Source of the DNA: a virus
DNA length: 38,605 nt
Virus record (IMG/VR): IMGVR_UViG_3300024303_000159
Strand: one strand, 5' to 3'
Part shown: positions 22,647-31,139 of the stretch, one piece after another
Layout: every line of letters starts with the position of its first letter
How positions within the stretch are numbered: the first letter of the stretch is position 1
Made by a program: the position numbers and the translations under genes
The notes under the pieces: generated by a model
Database searches by the model: none
What the model saw: only the letters and a program-made list of their open reading frames with translations
Told to the model about the DNA's origin: nothing

Positions 22647-23036
22647 TCAATTCACCTTCCATTCTTTAATTATTAGATTGATTTGCAATCTTTTCAGGGA
22701 TCCTTCACCTGTTGGAACAGGGAATGCATTCCCATAAAAAACAGCAATCCCATTTCCATTCGGAAGGACTGCTGTGGTTCCCCCAATCATAGGGAATAAT
22801 TGTTCAATTGTTGCTTTCTGTCGTTCAAGATCCAACCATGTTCCTTTTCCGGTTCCTGTCAAGATGAATTGCGTTTCCTGCTCCCCATCTTCTGCATCCG
22901 GTGTCACTTCAGAATAAGATCCTACCCAATACACAGGAACGGAAGAAACATCAGAAGTGAATTCCATAAATTCATACGGAATCCCGGCTGAATCCATTGC
23001 ATCTTTTATGAATCCCAAAGCTGCTGTTGTCATCAT
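22647..23036 (-). CDS. Tail terminator / tail completion protein
   Basis: Position between the HK97 gp10-like gene and the major tail protein gene. 129 aa. Confidence 0.5.
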   Translation of the reverse strand: MMTTAALGFIKDAMDSAGIPYEFMEFTSDVSSVPVYWVGSYSEVTPDAEDGEQETQFILTGTGKGTWLDLERQKATIEQLFPMIGGTTAVLPNGNGIAVFYGNAFPVPTGEGSLKRLQINLIIKEWKVN

Positions 23037-23044
23037 TCACCTTC

Positions 23045-23461
23045 CTATTCTTCCATTCGGGCCTTCAGAACCTCTGTTGCCCTTCTGATGATGGCATTCT
23101 TCAATGTGTTGAATGCATTCTGCAATGCCCGGTTTGGTGTTTTACCATATGTGTGATGGAATTCCCCGGTCTTTTCATCCCGGTACACCCAACCACCTTT
23201 CCGGCCATCACCCTTCAAGGCATATTCACCTGTTCCGAATTCTTCCCATATAGCATTCTGAAGTGGTGAACCGATCACTGCTTCAAGCTTCGATTCATCG
23301 ACTTTGTAGGTCCATGAATTTTTCAGCTGTCCGGTTCCAACTCTTGAATTGTCTGCTGTCTGTGAAGCAAGTGATTCCGCTGATTCATACAGATAGGCAA
23401 TTGCAGCCTGATTCATTTCTTCCCTAACTCTCATTGAATTATCTTCAAAATGAACAGCCAT
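23045..23461 (-). CDS. HK97 gp10-family neck protein
   Basis: 'VGTGQLKNSWTYKVD...AVIGSPLQNAIWEEFGTGEYA' matches the 'TG.L..S...VG...A...EFGT' pattern. Confidence 0.75.
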   Translation of the reverse strand: MAVHFEDNSMRVREEMNQAAIAYLYESAESLASQTADNSRVGTGQLKNSWTYKVDESKLEAVIGSPLQNAIWEEFGTGEYALKGDGRKGGWVYRDEKTGEFHHTYGKTPNRALQNAFNTLKNAIIRRATEVLKARMEE

Positions 23462-23462
23462 G

Positions 23463-23795
23463 TCACTGCCCCCCTGTGTACTTCAGATAGATTTCAAGCT
23501 GTTTGTGCAATCCCATAGGATCATCAATCAACATGACATCATACACACCATTGTTCACAATCATTCTGCTGTTTTCTGCCTTCACAGACGGATCAAGCTG
23601 CTTCCAATCAGAAACAAACACATGTGTTGATTCCTGGATCTTCGCATTGAATGTCGTGTATTTGGAATCACCGGAAGAAAGATCAAGGAACCCTGCAATG
23701 TTGTGGATGGTTTCCCATGACTTCACAGATTCACCAATTTCATTCTTGGTTGTGGTGCTGATCTGAAACTGTGCAATTGTATTGCCACCAATCAT
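23463..23795 (-). CDS. Head closure / head-tail adaptor protein
   Basis: 110 aa in the canonical position. The pattern 'KNEIGESVKSWETIHNIAGFL...THVFV' resembles SPP1 gp16-type adaptors. Confidence 0.65.
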   Translation of the reverse strand: MIGGNTIAQFQISTTTKNEIGESVKSWETIHNIAGFLDLSSGDSKYTTFNAKIQESTHVFVSDWKQLDPSVKAENSRMIVNNGVYDVMLIDDPMGLHKQLEIYLKYTGGQ

Positions 23796-23806
23796 GCAAT
23801 CACCCC

Positions 23807-24337
23807 CTAGAATCTAGCCTTCATGTAAGGCCGTAGGAAGCCGATCAAGGACTTCGGAAAACCAAGTGTGGAATTATCCCCATCCATGTTGAAATAGGTC
23901 ACAGAATGCCGGGAAAGCGTTTCAGACTGTATGCCAACCTTATCCCTATTTTCAAGATCCCATTTCATCATGTTCACAACACCCATCTTCACATCCATCG
24001 GATATGCAACTTTCGTCACAAGGACATCAGTTTCATCCAAGGTTCCCGGAAGTGCAATGACATCATCACCTTCTTCTTCAACCTTAGAAACAACATAAAG
24101 ACCTTCATTGAAATTCGATTCAGTGATCTGTATTGTGTCACCTGCCCTGAACATGGAAACATCACAATACAACTTCCCATCCTCTATTGTTCCAACAGTC
24201 CGGATTGCCCTTTGCTGAAAGTTGTTGTTGGTGTGTCTTCTGATCAGCAATTCGATTGCCTGAAGCTTTGCTTCAATCACTGCATCTGCAACATCGGTTG
24301 TCACATAAGTCTTGAATTCTTCTGCTGTCATAATCAT
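23807..24337 (-). CDS. Head-tail connector (gp6-like)
   Basis: The N-terminus 'TAEEFKTYVTTDVADAVIEAKLQAIELLIRRHTNNNF' is like the Phage_connect_1 N-terminal helix pair. It sits after the capsid genes. Confidence 0.6.
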   Translation of the reverse strand: MIMTAEEFKTYVTTDVADAVIEAKLQAIELLIRRHTNNNFQQRAIRTVGTIEDGKLYCDVSMFRAGDTIQITESNFNEGLYVVSKVEEEGDDVIALPGTLDETDVLVTKVAYPMDVKMGVVNMMKWDLENRDKVGIQSETLSRHSVTYFNMDGDNSTLGFPKSLIGFLRPYMKARF

Positions 24338-24355
24338 CAGGGATTCCCCCTTTCA

Positions 24356-24595
24356 TTATTCAGCATCCGTCACTTCATAGCCTTCATGACTGCGGAACCA
24401 TGCTGCCATTCTTGCATCAGTGATGACTGCCTGACCATGTGCGAACTGCACACTTCCGGCATCAATGCCACAGAAATTCGGATTGGCCTTCACCTTAACC
24501 AACCACTTCTTTTCCTTCTTTGCCTTTGCCTTTGCTTCTGCTGCTTCTTCCTTTACTTCTACTTCTGCATTTACTTCTGCATTATTCTTTGCCAT
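24356..24595 (-). CDS. Small head-module protein (79 aa), hypothetical
   Basis: AAAGGA RBS. Lys/Glu/Ala-rich N-terminus followed by a globular C-terminus. It lies directly after the major capsid gene. Confidence 0.55.
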   Translation of the reverse strand: MAKNNAEVNAEVEVKEEAAEAKAKAKKEKKWLVKVKANPNFCGIDAGSVQFAHGQAVITDARMAAWFRSHEGYEVTDAE

Positions 24596-24619
24596 GTTGA
24601 TTCATCCTTTCTTTTATAA

Positions 24620-24645
24620 GGTGCGGCAGACTATGCCACCGCACC
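24620..24645 (-). terminator. Weak hairpin after the major capsid gene (possible attenuator)
   Basis: GGTGCGG-12 nt-CCGCACC. On the minus strand it is followed only by TTATAAAAG, a poor U-tract. Confidence 0.3.
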
Positions 24646-24659
24646 ATTCACATTTTTAC

Positions 24660-25643
24660 TTACGCAATCTTGATGTTGCGGAGTACACCTGCATTTGCAG
24701 TGTTCTTCAGAACGGTTGCTGCAACCATTTCAACTTCACCCTTCTTCACTGCACCCGGCTGACTGAAATCCGGAACATAGGAAGTGATTGCACCGTTTCC
24801 GGTCAAGGAAGCTGCATGGAAACCATTGTTCACATCGAACTTCGCTGCATAGATGTCAGTAACACCGGAATTCACCTTCACACAGGAATTTGCAGTCACA
24901 GTGCCACCGGAAACAGTGTAATGATTGCCAAGATCCATGAAACGAACACCATCCATGACGGTCACTCTCTTGCCGAAAGCTTCTTCGGTTTCGGTCTTGT
25001 AGCCAAGAAGTCTTGCAATGGTCTGAACCTTGCTGATCATGTCAGTGTTCATCAGAAGTGCATCTGCGTTGGTCTTCTTGATAAGGTTCTGAAGCATTTC
25101 ATAGAACTGATCCATGTTGGTCTTCAGGTTTGCCATCGTGGAAAGATCAATCACAGAATCACCTGCGTTGAATTCGGAAGCAGTGCCTGCAAGCATCTTG
25201 TCAAGGCCATCGAATTCATCCGTTGTTGTGGTGCTGTTACCATTGATCAAGGTGTAATGGAAAAGGGAAATTGCAGCTGCAATCTTCTCTTCGAACTGAT
25301 ATGCCATGTTGTTGAACTTGCCTTCAGCCTGCTTCAACACACGGTCCATCTCGAAGGAACCACCGAAGATCTTCAGTGCAACAGTCTTCGTTTCAACAGT
25401 TGCCTGATTTGCGGTGTAGTCATTGTTCAGTGCTCTGAATGCAGCGGTTGCCGGAAGCTTCTTCTGAACATAGGAATAAGTCAAGGTGCTGCCACCACCG
25501 GCAGACGGAGAAACACAATTGTCAAACGGAAGCATCTGAAGAATTTCAGACTTTCTCAAAAAGATGTCAACGATCTGCTGACTTACCTTGTCGGCCATAC
25601 CGACTTTCATTTCTGCTAATGTCATAGCCATAATAATCACCAT
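24660..25643 (-). CDS. Major capsid protein
   Basis: About 325 aa, following the scaffold gene. The composition and C-terminal part 'DIYAAKFD...' are typical of Firmicutes siphovirus capsid proteins. The start is uncertain: ATG at 25643, 25631 or 25625. Confidence 0.8.
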   Translation of the reverse strand: MVIIMAMTLAEMKVGMADKVSQQIVDIFLRKSEILQMLPFDNCVSPSAGGGSTLTYSYVQKKLPATAAFRALNNDYTANQATVETKTVALKIFGGSFEMDRVLKQAEGKFNNMAYQFEEKIAAAISLFHYTLINGNSTTTTDEFDGLDKMLAGTASEFNAGDSVIDLSTMANLKTNMDQFYEMLQNLIKKTNADALLMNTDMISKVQTIARLLGYKTETEEAFGKRVTVMDGVRFMDLGNHYTVSGGTVTANSCVKVNSGVTDIYAAKFDVNNGFHAASLTGNGAITSYVPDFSQPGAVKKGEVEMVAATVLKNTANAGVLRNIKIA

Positions 25644-25659
25644 TTACCTTTCTTTTCTG

Positions 25660-26280
25660 TTATTTGGATTCAAATTGCTGCTGAAGTGCTTCAGCAAGTG
25701 ACTTCGGTTCAGAACTGCCATGTCCGGCATCGGAACCCGGAAGCTTGTTTTCATCAATCTTCTTCTGTGAAGCTGATTCATACATGTTCGGGAACTGTGT
25801 CTTCAGTCCGTCACTGTAAGTCTTCCAATCTTTGATGTTGTCATTTTCGTCAAGTTCAAGGGATTTGCCCTCTGCATTCAGCTTTTCATTCAGCTTGAAA
25901 GTGAGATAGTCCACATCAAGTGCCTTTTCGGAAAGCAGTGCCACCTTGATTGCAGATTTCATCTTCGTTTCCTGAAGCTGTTTCTGCAAGTCTGCCACCT
26001 GCGTTTCATAGCCTGTGATCTTGCCCTGCAATTCCTCATTGCCCTTCGTTCCCTTCTTCAGTTCTGCGATCAGGCCATTTGCCTGTTCCAGTTCCGTTTT
26101 CTGACCATCGAACAATGCCTGAAGTGCATCATGCTTGCCCTTGCCTACATATTCACCGGATGTCAGATTTGCAAGCTTGATTTGCTTGTCCTTGTTTGCT
26201 TCATCCCCATTGTAGGCATTCACTTTTTCGGAAAACTGCTTGAAAAGGTCTTCCCCCAAAATCTCCTTCAAAAATTCCAT
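25660..26280 (-). CDS. Scaffolding protein (GP20-like)
   Basis: Highly charged coiled coil. The N-terminus 'MEFLKEILGEDLFKQFSEKV' and the position upstream of the capsid gene fit a scaffold. Confidence 0.8.
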   Translation of the reverse strand: MEFLKEILGEDLFKQFSEKVNAYNGDEANKDKQIKLANLTSGEYVGKGKHDALQALFDGQKTELEQANGLIAELKKGTKGNEELQGKITGYETQVADLQKQLQETKMKSAIKVALLSEKALDVDYLTFKLNEKLNAEGKSLELDENDNIKDWKTYSDGLKTQFPNMYESASQKKIDENKLPGSDAGHGSSEPKSLAEALQQQFESK

Positions 26281-26396
26281 ACCATCTTTCCTTTCTTTTG
26301 CGTTGTTTTTAATCGTGGTGTCACCACTGCAAGCCTAGTTTTAATGTCATGCGACAGGACAAATTTGAAGGGATAAATGCCCCCTTCTTGGCATAT

Positions 26397-26421
26397 AAAA
26401 AAGCAGTCTATTTTTGACTGC
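26397..26421 (-). terminator. Intrinsic terminator inside the head module
   Basis: Minus strand reads GCAGTC-aaaaata-GACTGC followed by TTTTTT. It lies in the 273-bp gap between the Mu-F-like and scaffold genes. Confidence 0.55.
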
Positions 26422-26553
26422 CTTTCTTCTCTTTCATTTCTTTGTATTGATCACATTTCCCAATACAAAACTTGTTTTTGATCTTGCACCACATCCGGAC
26501 AATACATGAAGCAGAAGTCGGATGCAGTGTTTTTTCAATCATGTATTTACATT

Positions 26554-27606
26554 TCATTCTTCTTTACCTGCAATCCTTTCCTGTGCTTTCTTGTATTCTT
26601 CAGAGTTGCGATAATTATAGATCTTGTCATACTGCCTTTTGAAATCATCATAGTTTCTTGCCTTCACCGGGATGATTTCATCCTTGTATTGCCGCAATGC
26701 ATCAACGGAGATCCCAAGCTTCCCGGCAATCGGTTCAAGGTCATCATCGGACATCTTGTCAGTATCACCAATGTATTTTGTTTCTTCCTCTCCAAGCAAC
26801 CACCTTGCCTTTGAATCACATCGGCATCTGCAATTGATGTCTTCGGAAGGTTCACCGAATCCACCCGGTTCCATTGCTTCCATGCCATAGATTTCAAACG
26901 GTTCATCCAATTCCCGGACCTGTCCATCAAGCAATCTGTGTGTATCTCTTGTTTTGCTGTCAAGTGCAGCACTCCAAATCTTCACAATATCGGCTCCCCG
27001 GTCCTTTGCATGGTGCTGTGCATTGGAAATGGCCTTGTTTTGGATTCTGTGGCCTTCTGTCCTTGCAATACGCATTGCATTGTTTTTGCTGATTCCTGCA
27101 TATGCTGAAAGGTTTCTTGCAATCTCGTTATACATTGCATTGCTTGTGATCCCCCGGCTGATTTCCGAAGCAATCTTCTTGGAAAGATCCTTGGTGTCCT
27201 TTCCAAGTGCCGCATAAAGGGATGTTGACAGCTGTGTTTCATGCTGAATTGCAGCTGCAACCATTTCCTGATCAATCGGGAACACCAATGGAATCCCCTG
27301 CCCTTGTATATCATACAAAGTGCCGATGAATCCCTGTTCATAGCACTTTGTCAGATATTCAGAAACTGTTTCAAAATTATCATTGTGCAGCTGCTCCAAG
27401 ATTGTTTCAATCTGTGATTTCAACTGCTTCTGATATTCTACTTGGTAGATGACATGTTGAAGATCGGCATCCCCACGCATCTGAAGGATTGCAATTCTTG
27501 TTTCAACCTCTGCCAATGCATCCTGATAGTTTTCAGTCAGTCTTTTCAGGACTTCCTTTTCACTATTCAGGGATATTTGAAGCATTTCCTTCTGTCTGCG
27601 GTTCAT
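26554..27606 (-). CDS. Minor head protein (SPP1 gp7 / Mu F family)
   Basis: 'RIARTEGHRIQNKA...WSAALDSKTRDTHRLLDGQ...NCRCR' is the hallmark of the family. Confidence 0.9.
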   Translation of the reverse strand: MNRRQKEMLQISLNSEKEVLKRLTENYQDALAEVETRIAILQMRGDADLQHVIYQVEYQKQLKSQIETILEQLHNDNFETVSEYLTKCYEQGFIGTLYDIQGQGIPLVFPIDQEMVAAAIQHETQLSTSLYAALGKDTKDLSKKIASEISRGITSNAMYNEIARNLSAYAGISKNNAMRIARTEGHRIQNKAISNAQHHAKDRGADIVKIWSAALDSKTRDTHRLLDGQVRELDEPFEIYGMEAMEPGGFGEPSEDINCRCRCDSKARWLLGEEETKYIGDTDKMSDDDLEPIAGKLGISVDALRQYKDEIIPVKARNYDDFKRQYDKIYNYRNSEEYKKAQERIAGKEE

Positions 27607-29053
27607 CTGTCATCACCTCATTCAAAGCACCCTGTGCAGCCTTCAGTTCATTTTCAGCTTCATCCGGATCCGGAAGCATTCCTTTGATTTCTTCATAGTC
27701 GATGTCAAGCACATCACAGATGTTCTGCATCAGAAGTTCATTTCCAAGCTGTGTTGCAAGGGAAAGCAGTGTGTTGATTCTTGCCTGCTGCTCCTGTGCT
27801 TCCAACAATGCGATCTGTGCATTCTCCTGTGCATTGGACATCACTTCATGTGCAAAATTGAAATATACATCCTTCTGCTGATAATCAGTGCCATTGATTT
27901 CATTGATTTCATCAAGGACAATCTTCAGGATCTTCCGGAACATCTGCTTCAGCTTGATTTCCTTCTTGGTTGCCTTCAGGTCAAGAAGGGAATACATTGC
28001 CTTGATTGCAATGTTAGTGGTTGCAGAAGTGTCCTTCAGACCGGACATATTCAAGCCGAAACCGAATCTGTAAATGTTCTTTTCATCCAATTCCAATTTT
28101 GCCTGTCGTGCCTTATACGGAACATCGACTGTGTGAACCTCAACACCACCATTTTCATCAGTGCCGATGATCTTCTTGGTCTTCAAAGTGGTCTGCAATT
28201 CATCAAGGTTGTCACCTTGGAATCCCTTCACAACATGAATCGGTGTGTCAAAGTCAATCAGATTGTTTGAAAGGCTGCTTGCCATCAAATCATAGTCATC
28301 AATCAGGTCCTTGATCGGTTTCAAGTCACTGAATTTCTTTTTGTTGTTATCCAACCGGAAGAACGGAATGAACCCGAATCCTTCAAAATAGGTGGAATCA
28401 TCGTTTTCCTTCTTCCATGTGGTGTGCGGTCTTGGATTGATCTTCACAGAATCATCTTCAATGATCTTTCCATCGGATCCCATAACATAGAAATATGCCT
28501 GCTTGTCATCCCACACTTGGATTCTAGTGATTTCCTTCCTGCCCTTGTCGATTCTATCAATATAGTGATAGATGACATATGCACAACCATCATCAGTGTC
28601 CTTTTCCCGGACCTCAATCACACCCAAGCTGTCAGCACACTGAAAGGCAATCCGGTCATCCGCATTCTTGTATGCGTACAAATAGCCAAAGCCTTTTGCA
28701 CTGCTGTCTGTGAGAAGTTCAGCCACTTCAGAAGCAAAATCTTCATTGTTGTTGAAGTATGTGTCCAATTCTTCCTGAAGCTTCGGATCATCCGACTTGA
28801 ACAGGCCATCATCCCCGGAAAGAATGTACTGCACCACCTGATCAACCAATTCAGCAAAGAACGGATGTGCATTCCGCACATTTGCCCTTGTCGTGTCTTC
28901 CTGGATCTTTCCGTCAGCATCATAATAGAACACCCGGTATTGCTTGATGTCGTGTTCCCCTTCGTAGTATCTCTGACCGATCCTTGCAAACCTTTTATTG
29001 TCTGCACTTCTGTCTTCGTCAATAAACTGCTTTATTTCTTCAATTGAAAGCAT
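27563..29053 (-). CDS. Portal protein (SPP1 gp6-like)
   Basis: 496 aa. 'NKRFARIGQRYYEGEHDI' at the N-terminus. It sits after TerL and has an acidic C-terminus. It overlaps the next gene by 44 nt. Confidence 0.9.
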   Translation of the reverse strand: MLSIEEIKQFIDEDRSADNKRFARIGQRYYEGEHDIKQYRVFYYDADGKIQEDTTRANVRNAHPFFAELVDQVVQYILSGDDGLFKSDDPKLQEELDTYFNNNEDFASEVAELLTDSSAKGFGYLYAYKNADDRIAFQCADSLGVIEVREKDTDDGCAYVIYHYIDRIDKGRKEITRIQVWDDKQAYFYVMGSDGKIIEDDSVKINPRPHTTWKKENDDSTYFEGFGFIPFFRLDNNKKKFSDLKPIKDLIDDYDLMASSLSNNLIDFDTPIHVVKGFQGDNLDELQTTLKTKKIIGTDENGGVEVHTVDVPYKARQAKLELDEKNIYRFGFGLNMSGLKDTSATTNIAIKAMYSLLDLKATKKEIKLKQMFRKILKIVLDEINEINGTDYQQKDVYFNFAHEVMSNAQENAQIALLEAQEQQARINTLLSLATQLGNELLMQNICDVLDIDYEEIKGMLPDPDEAENELKAAQGALNEVMTDEPQTEGNASNIPE

Positions 29054-29069
29054 CTTTGCACCCCTTTCC

Positions 29070-29207
29070 TTACCTGTTCTTTCTCAAATACCACTTCTTG
29101 ATGTATTTAACCCGGTAATGGTTCCCATGCTCCCGGTCAAGGTATTCACCTACAATGCGATAGTCAAAATGCTTTTTGATAAACTCTTTGATAAATCTTC
29201 TTAACAT
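29070..29207 (-). CDS. Small basic ORF (45 aa) between TerL and portal, not in the ORF track
   Basis: Hand translation: MLRRFIKEFIKKHFDYRIVGEYLDREHGNHYRVKYIKKWYLRKNR. GAAAGGTGG lies 4 nt upstream. Confidence 0.45.
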   Translation of the reverse strand: MLRRFIKEFIKKHFDYRIVGEYLDREHGNHYRVKYIKKWYLRKNR

Positions 29208-29219
29208 GCAACCACCTTT

Positions 29220-30455
29220 CTATATAAGCCATCCCTTCTGTTTTCTCCATCCTTCGATTACATAACGCAAGGCTGCCATTGCATCATCTTGGAATGCCAC
29301 AGGTTCATCCAAATATTCCCCTGTTCGGTCATCCTTCTTCCATTTCCATTGCTGCAATTCCTTGATGGTATTCACACAAGAAGGATGCACATATATTTTC
29401 CGCTGCTTCAGATAATCAATCTGTGCCTTCACAGATCCACCGGAACCACCCTTGTCAACACCTTTTGCCCGGTTATATCCACCCTTCTGCCACATCTTGA
29501 TTCTGTCCGGTTCTGCTGAATCACACCACATCTGCTTGTTTCGTGGTATGTCAGCAGCCTTTGCCATTTCAATCAATTCTGATGTGTCCTTTTCAAATTC
29601 ATATATTTCCTTCGTGATGTAGATGTCACCATCCTTGGTTCCGCATGGAAGGATTGCATTCGCATGGTTGAAACCAAAGTCCTGACCAATTGCAAAATCA
29701 TCATAATCGGCAGGATTCTGTGAGATCTCTTTCACTTCCCAATTGTGAAGGATCAATCCACCGATTTCACCCCATTCACCAAGGCCATATATTTGATACC
29801 CTTCAGGATCCACAATCTTTCTTCTTTCCATTCGCTGCTTGTAGGCAGCATCAATGAAACGGTTCTGAAGATATGTTGAATGATGTGTCAGCACATTCGG
29901 ATCCGGAATATCGAAAAAGACCTTCTTGATCCAATGATTCTTGTTCACCGGATTGAAGGTCATTCTGATCTGATAAAATTGTCCTTCCGGAAGTTCACCA
30001 CGCAAACGGTCATCAATGATTTCCAAGTCTGCCTGTGTGAATTCCGTTGCTTCTTCCAACCAAACATCTGTCAGCTTCCCTTTTGGGAATGTGATTGACT
30101 TTAGTTTTTCTCTTTGCCTATCATCATTCATTCCCCGGAAGATGATCTGATTTCCATTTGGAATGAATGTCAATGCCATTGGTGATTTGTTTACTTTCCA
30201 ATACTTATCATATTGATCACCAAACATCTTATATAAAGCACCTGTCAATTCAGCAAAGGTTGAATCCCTGTTGCTGATGTCTGATTTTCTCATTGCCACA
30301 AGGTTTCTTCCTGGATCCTGCATCAATCGCAGAATGTAATTCTGTGCAGTATCAACAGATTTTCCGGATCCGGCTGATCCTTTCATGACAATATACCGCT
30401 TTTTGCTTCGGTCCACTTCCCGGAATCCGGGATTCATCTGAACTTTTATATTCAT
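29220..30455 (-). CDS. terL: Terminase large subunit (PBSX / Terminase_3 type)
   Basis: Walker A 'MKGSAGSGKS'. 411 aa. ATGA overlap with terS. Confidence 0.92.
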   Translation of the reverse strand: MNIKVQMNPGFREVDRSKKRYIVMKGSAGSGKSVDTAQNYILRLMQDPGRNLVAMRKSDISNRDSTFAELTGALYKMFGDQYDKYWKVNKSPMALTFIPNGNQIIFRGMNDDRQREKLKSITFPKGKLTDVWLEEATEFTQADLEIIDDRLRGELPEGQFYQIRMTFNPVNKNHWIKKVFFDIPDPNVLTHHSTYLQNRFIDAAYKQRMERRKIVDPEGYQIYGLGEWGEIGGLILHNWEVKEISQNPADYDDFAIGQDFGFNHANAILPCGTKDGDIYITKEIYEFEKDTSELIEMAKAADIPRNKQMWCDSAEPDRIKMWQKGGYNRAKGVDKGGSGGSVKAQIDYLKQRKIYVHPSCVNTIKELQQWKWKKDDRTGEYLDEPVAFQDDAMAALRYVIEGWRKQKGWLI

Positions 30456-30949
30456 TCATCTTCATCCCCATAATCAACACTGATATTCAAACTCATGTCA
30501 ACATCAGCTTCAACCTTTTCTGTATACAGGCCATAACGCTTTCCAAGAAGTTCTGCGGCCTTGTTGGAATCGGACAGCCTTGCAGGAATTTCAACAACTG
30601 CCGGACTTTCTTCTGTGACAGTCTGCTTCTTCAATTTCCCTGTATCTTCATCCTTCACCCATTTTTCCACTTTATTCTGTAATGTCACAACAACAGATTC
30701 TTTCATTTCCCTTCGCATTACCGCTGTCAAGTACTTCATCACTTCATCTTGGTCCGCAATCAGGTCCTTTTCCTTCTCTGCAAGCCGATTTTCGATATAT
30801 TCCTTGATGTTAGGTTTTCTTAGGTTTTCTGTTGCAATTACTGCTGCTGTCTTTTCAGAATATCCCGCTCTTATAGCTGCTTGTGTGGCATTTAAGTCAA
30901 TCAGATATTCATCACAGAATCTTTGCTGTTTGGCTGTTAGTTTAGCCAT
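30452..30949 (-). CDS. terS: Terminase small subunit (Terminase_2 type)
   Basis: 'LTAKQQRFCDEYLIDLNATQAAIRAGYSEKTA' is the canonical TerS HTH. ATG at 30949 with AAGGTGG upstream. The track's N-terminal extension to 31003 is unlikely to be real. Confidence 0.9.
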   Translation of the reverse strand: MAKLTAKQQRFCDEYLIDLNATQAAIRAGYSEKTAAVIATENLRKPNIKEYIENRLAEKEKDLIADQDEVMKYLTAVMRREMKESVVVTLQNKVEKWVKDEDTGKLKKQTVTEESPAVVEIPARLSDSNKAAELLGKRYGLYTEKVEADVDMSLNISVDYGDEDE

Positions 30950-31018
30950 CACAATCACCACCTTTGAACAAAAGGCCCTGAATGCAGGAGTATTGAGCAT
31001 CATTCAAGGCCAAAGGAA

Positions 31019-31050
31019 AAGGTGCTGCCACCAACCGGAAGCAACACCTT
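31019..31050 (-). terminator. Hairpin with U-rich tail between the ThyX-like gene and terS
   Basis: Minus strand reads AAGGTGTTGC-12 nt-GCAGCACCTT (10 bp including one G-U pair) followed by TTCCTTTGG. Confidence 0.4.
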
Positions 31051-31139
31051 CATGAATCATTTTTCATTTTAATAATATCACAGGAATTCAGTCACATGTT
31101 ATACAACTTTTCGCAAAAAAGTCACAATACATACATTTT

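Noticed and set aside
23906-24619. 237-aa plus-strand ORF
   Set aside because: It is antisense to the head-tail connector gene and the 79-aa head gene. The translation is low-complexity and Cys/Phe-rich. It is a shadow ORF.
24465-25619. 384-aa plus-strand ORF, the longest plus-strand ORF in the structural region
   Set aside because: It is entirely antisense to the well-supported major capsid gene. The product is Cys/His/Phe-rich with no RBS and implausible composition. It is a shadow ORF caused by the strong codon bias of the opposite strand.
26408-26542. 44-aa Cys-containing minus-strand ORF (MIEKTLHPTSASCIVRMWCKIKNKFCIGKCDQYKEMKEKKGSQK)
   Set aside because: There is no recognisable Shine-Dalgarno sequence, whereas almost every other gene here has a strong one. 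Its stop lies inside the terminator stem. It is kept only as a note in the spacer finding.
30950-31003. N-terminal extension of terS in the ORF track (MMLNTPAFRAFCSKVVIV...)
   Set aside because: The extension has no RBS and poor composition. The internal ATG at 30949 has AAGGTGG upstream and gives the canonical TerS N-terminus MAKLTAKQQRF.
30561-31055. 164-aa plus-strand ORF
   Set aside because: It is antisense to terS, whose canonical HTH motif is unambiguous. It has a Ser/Phe-rich shadow composition.
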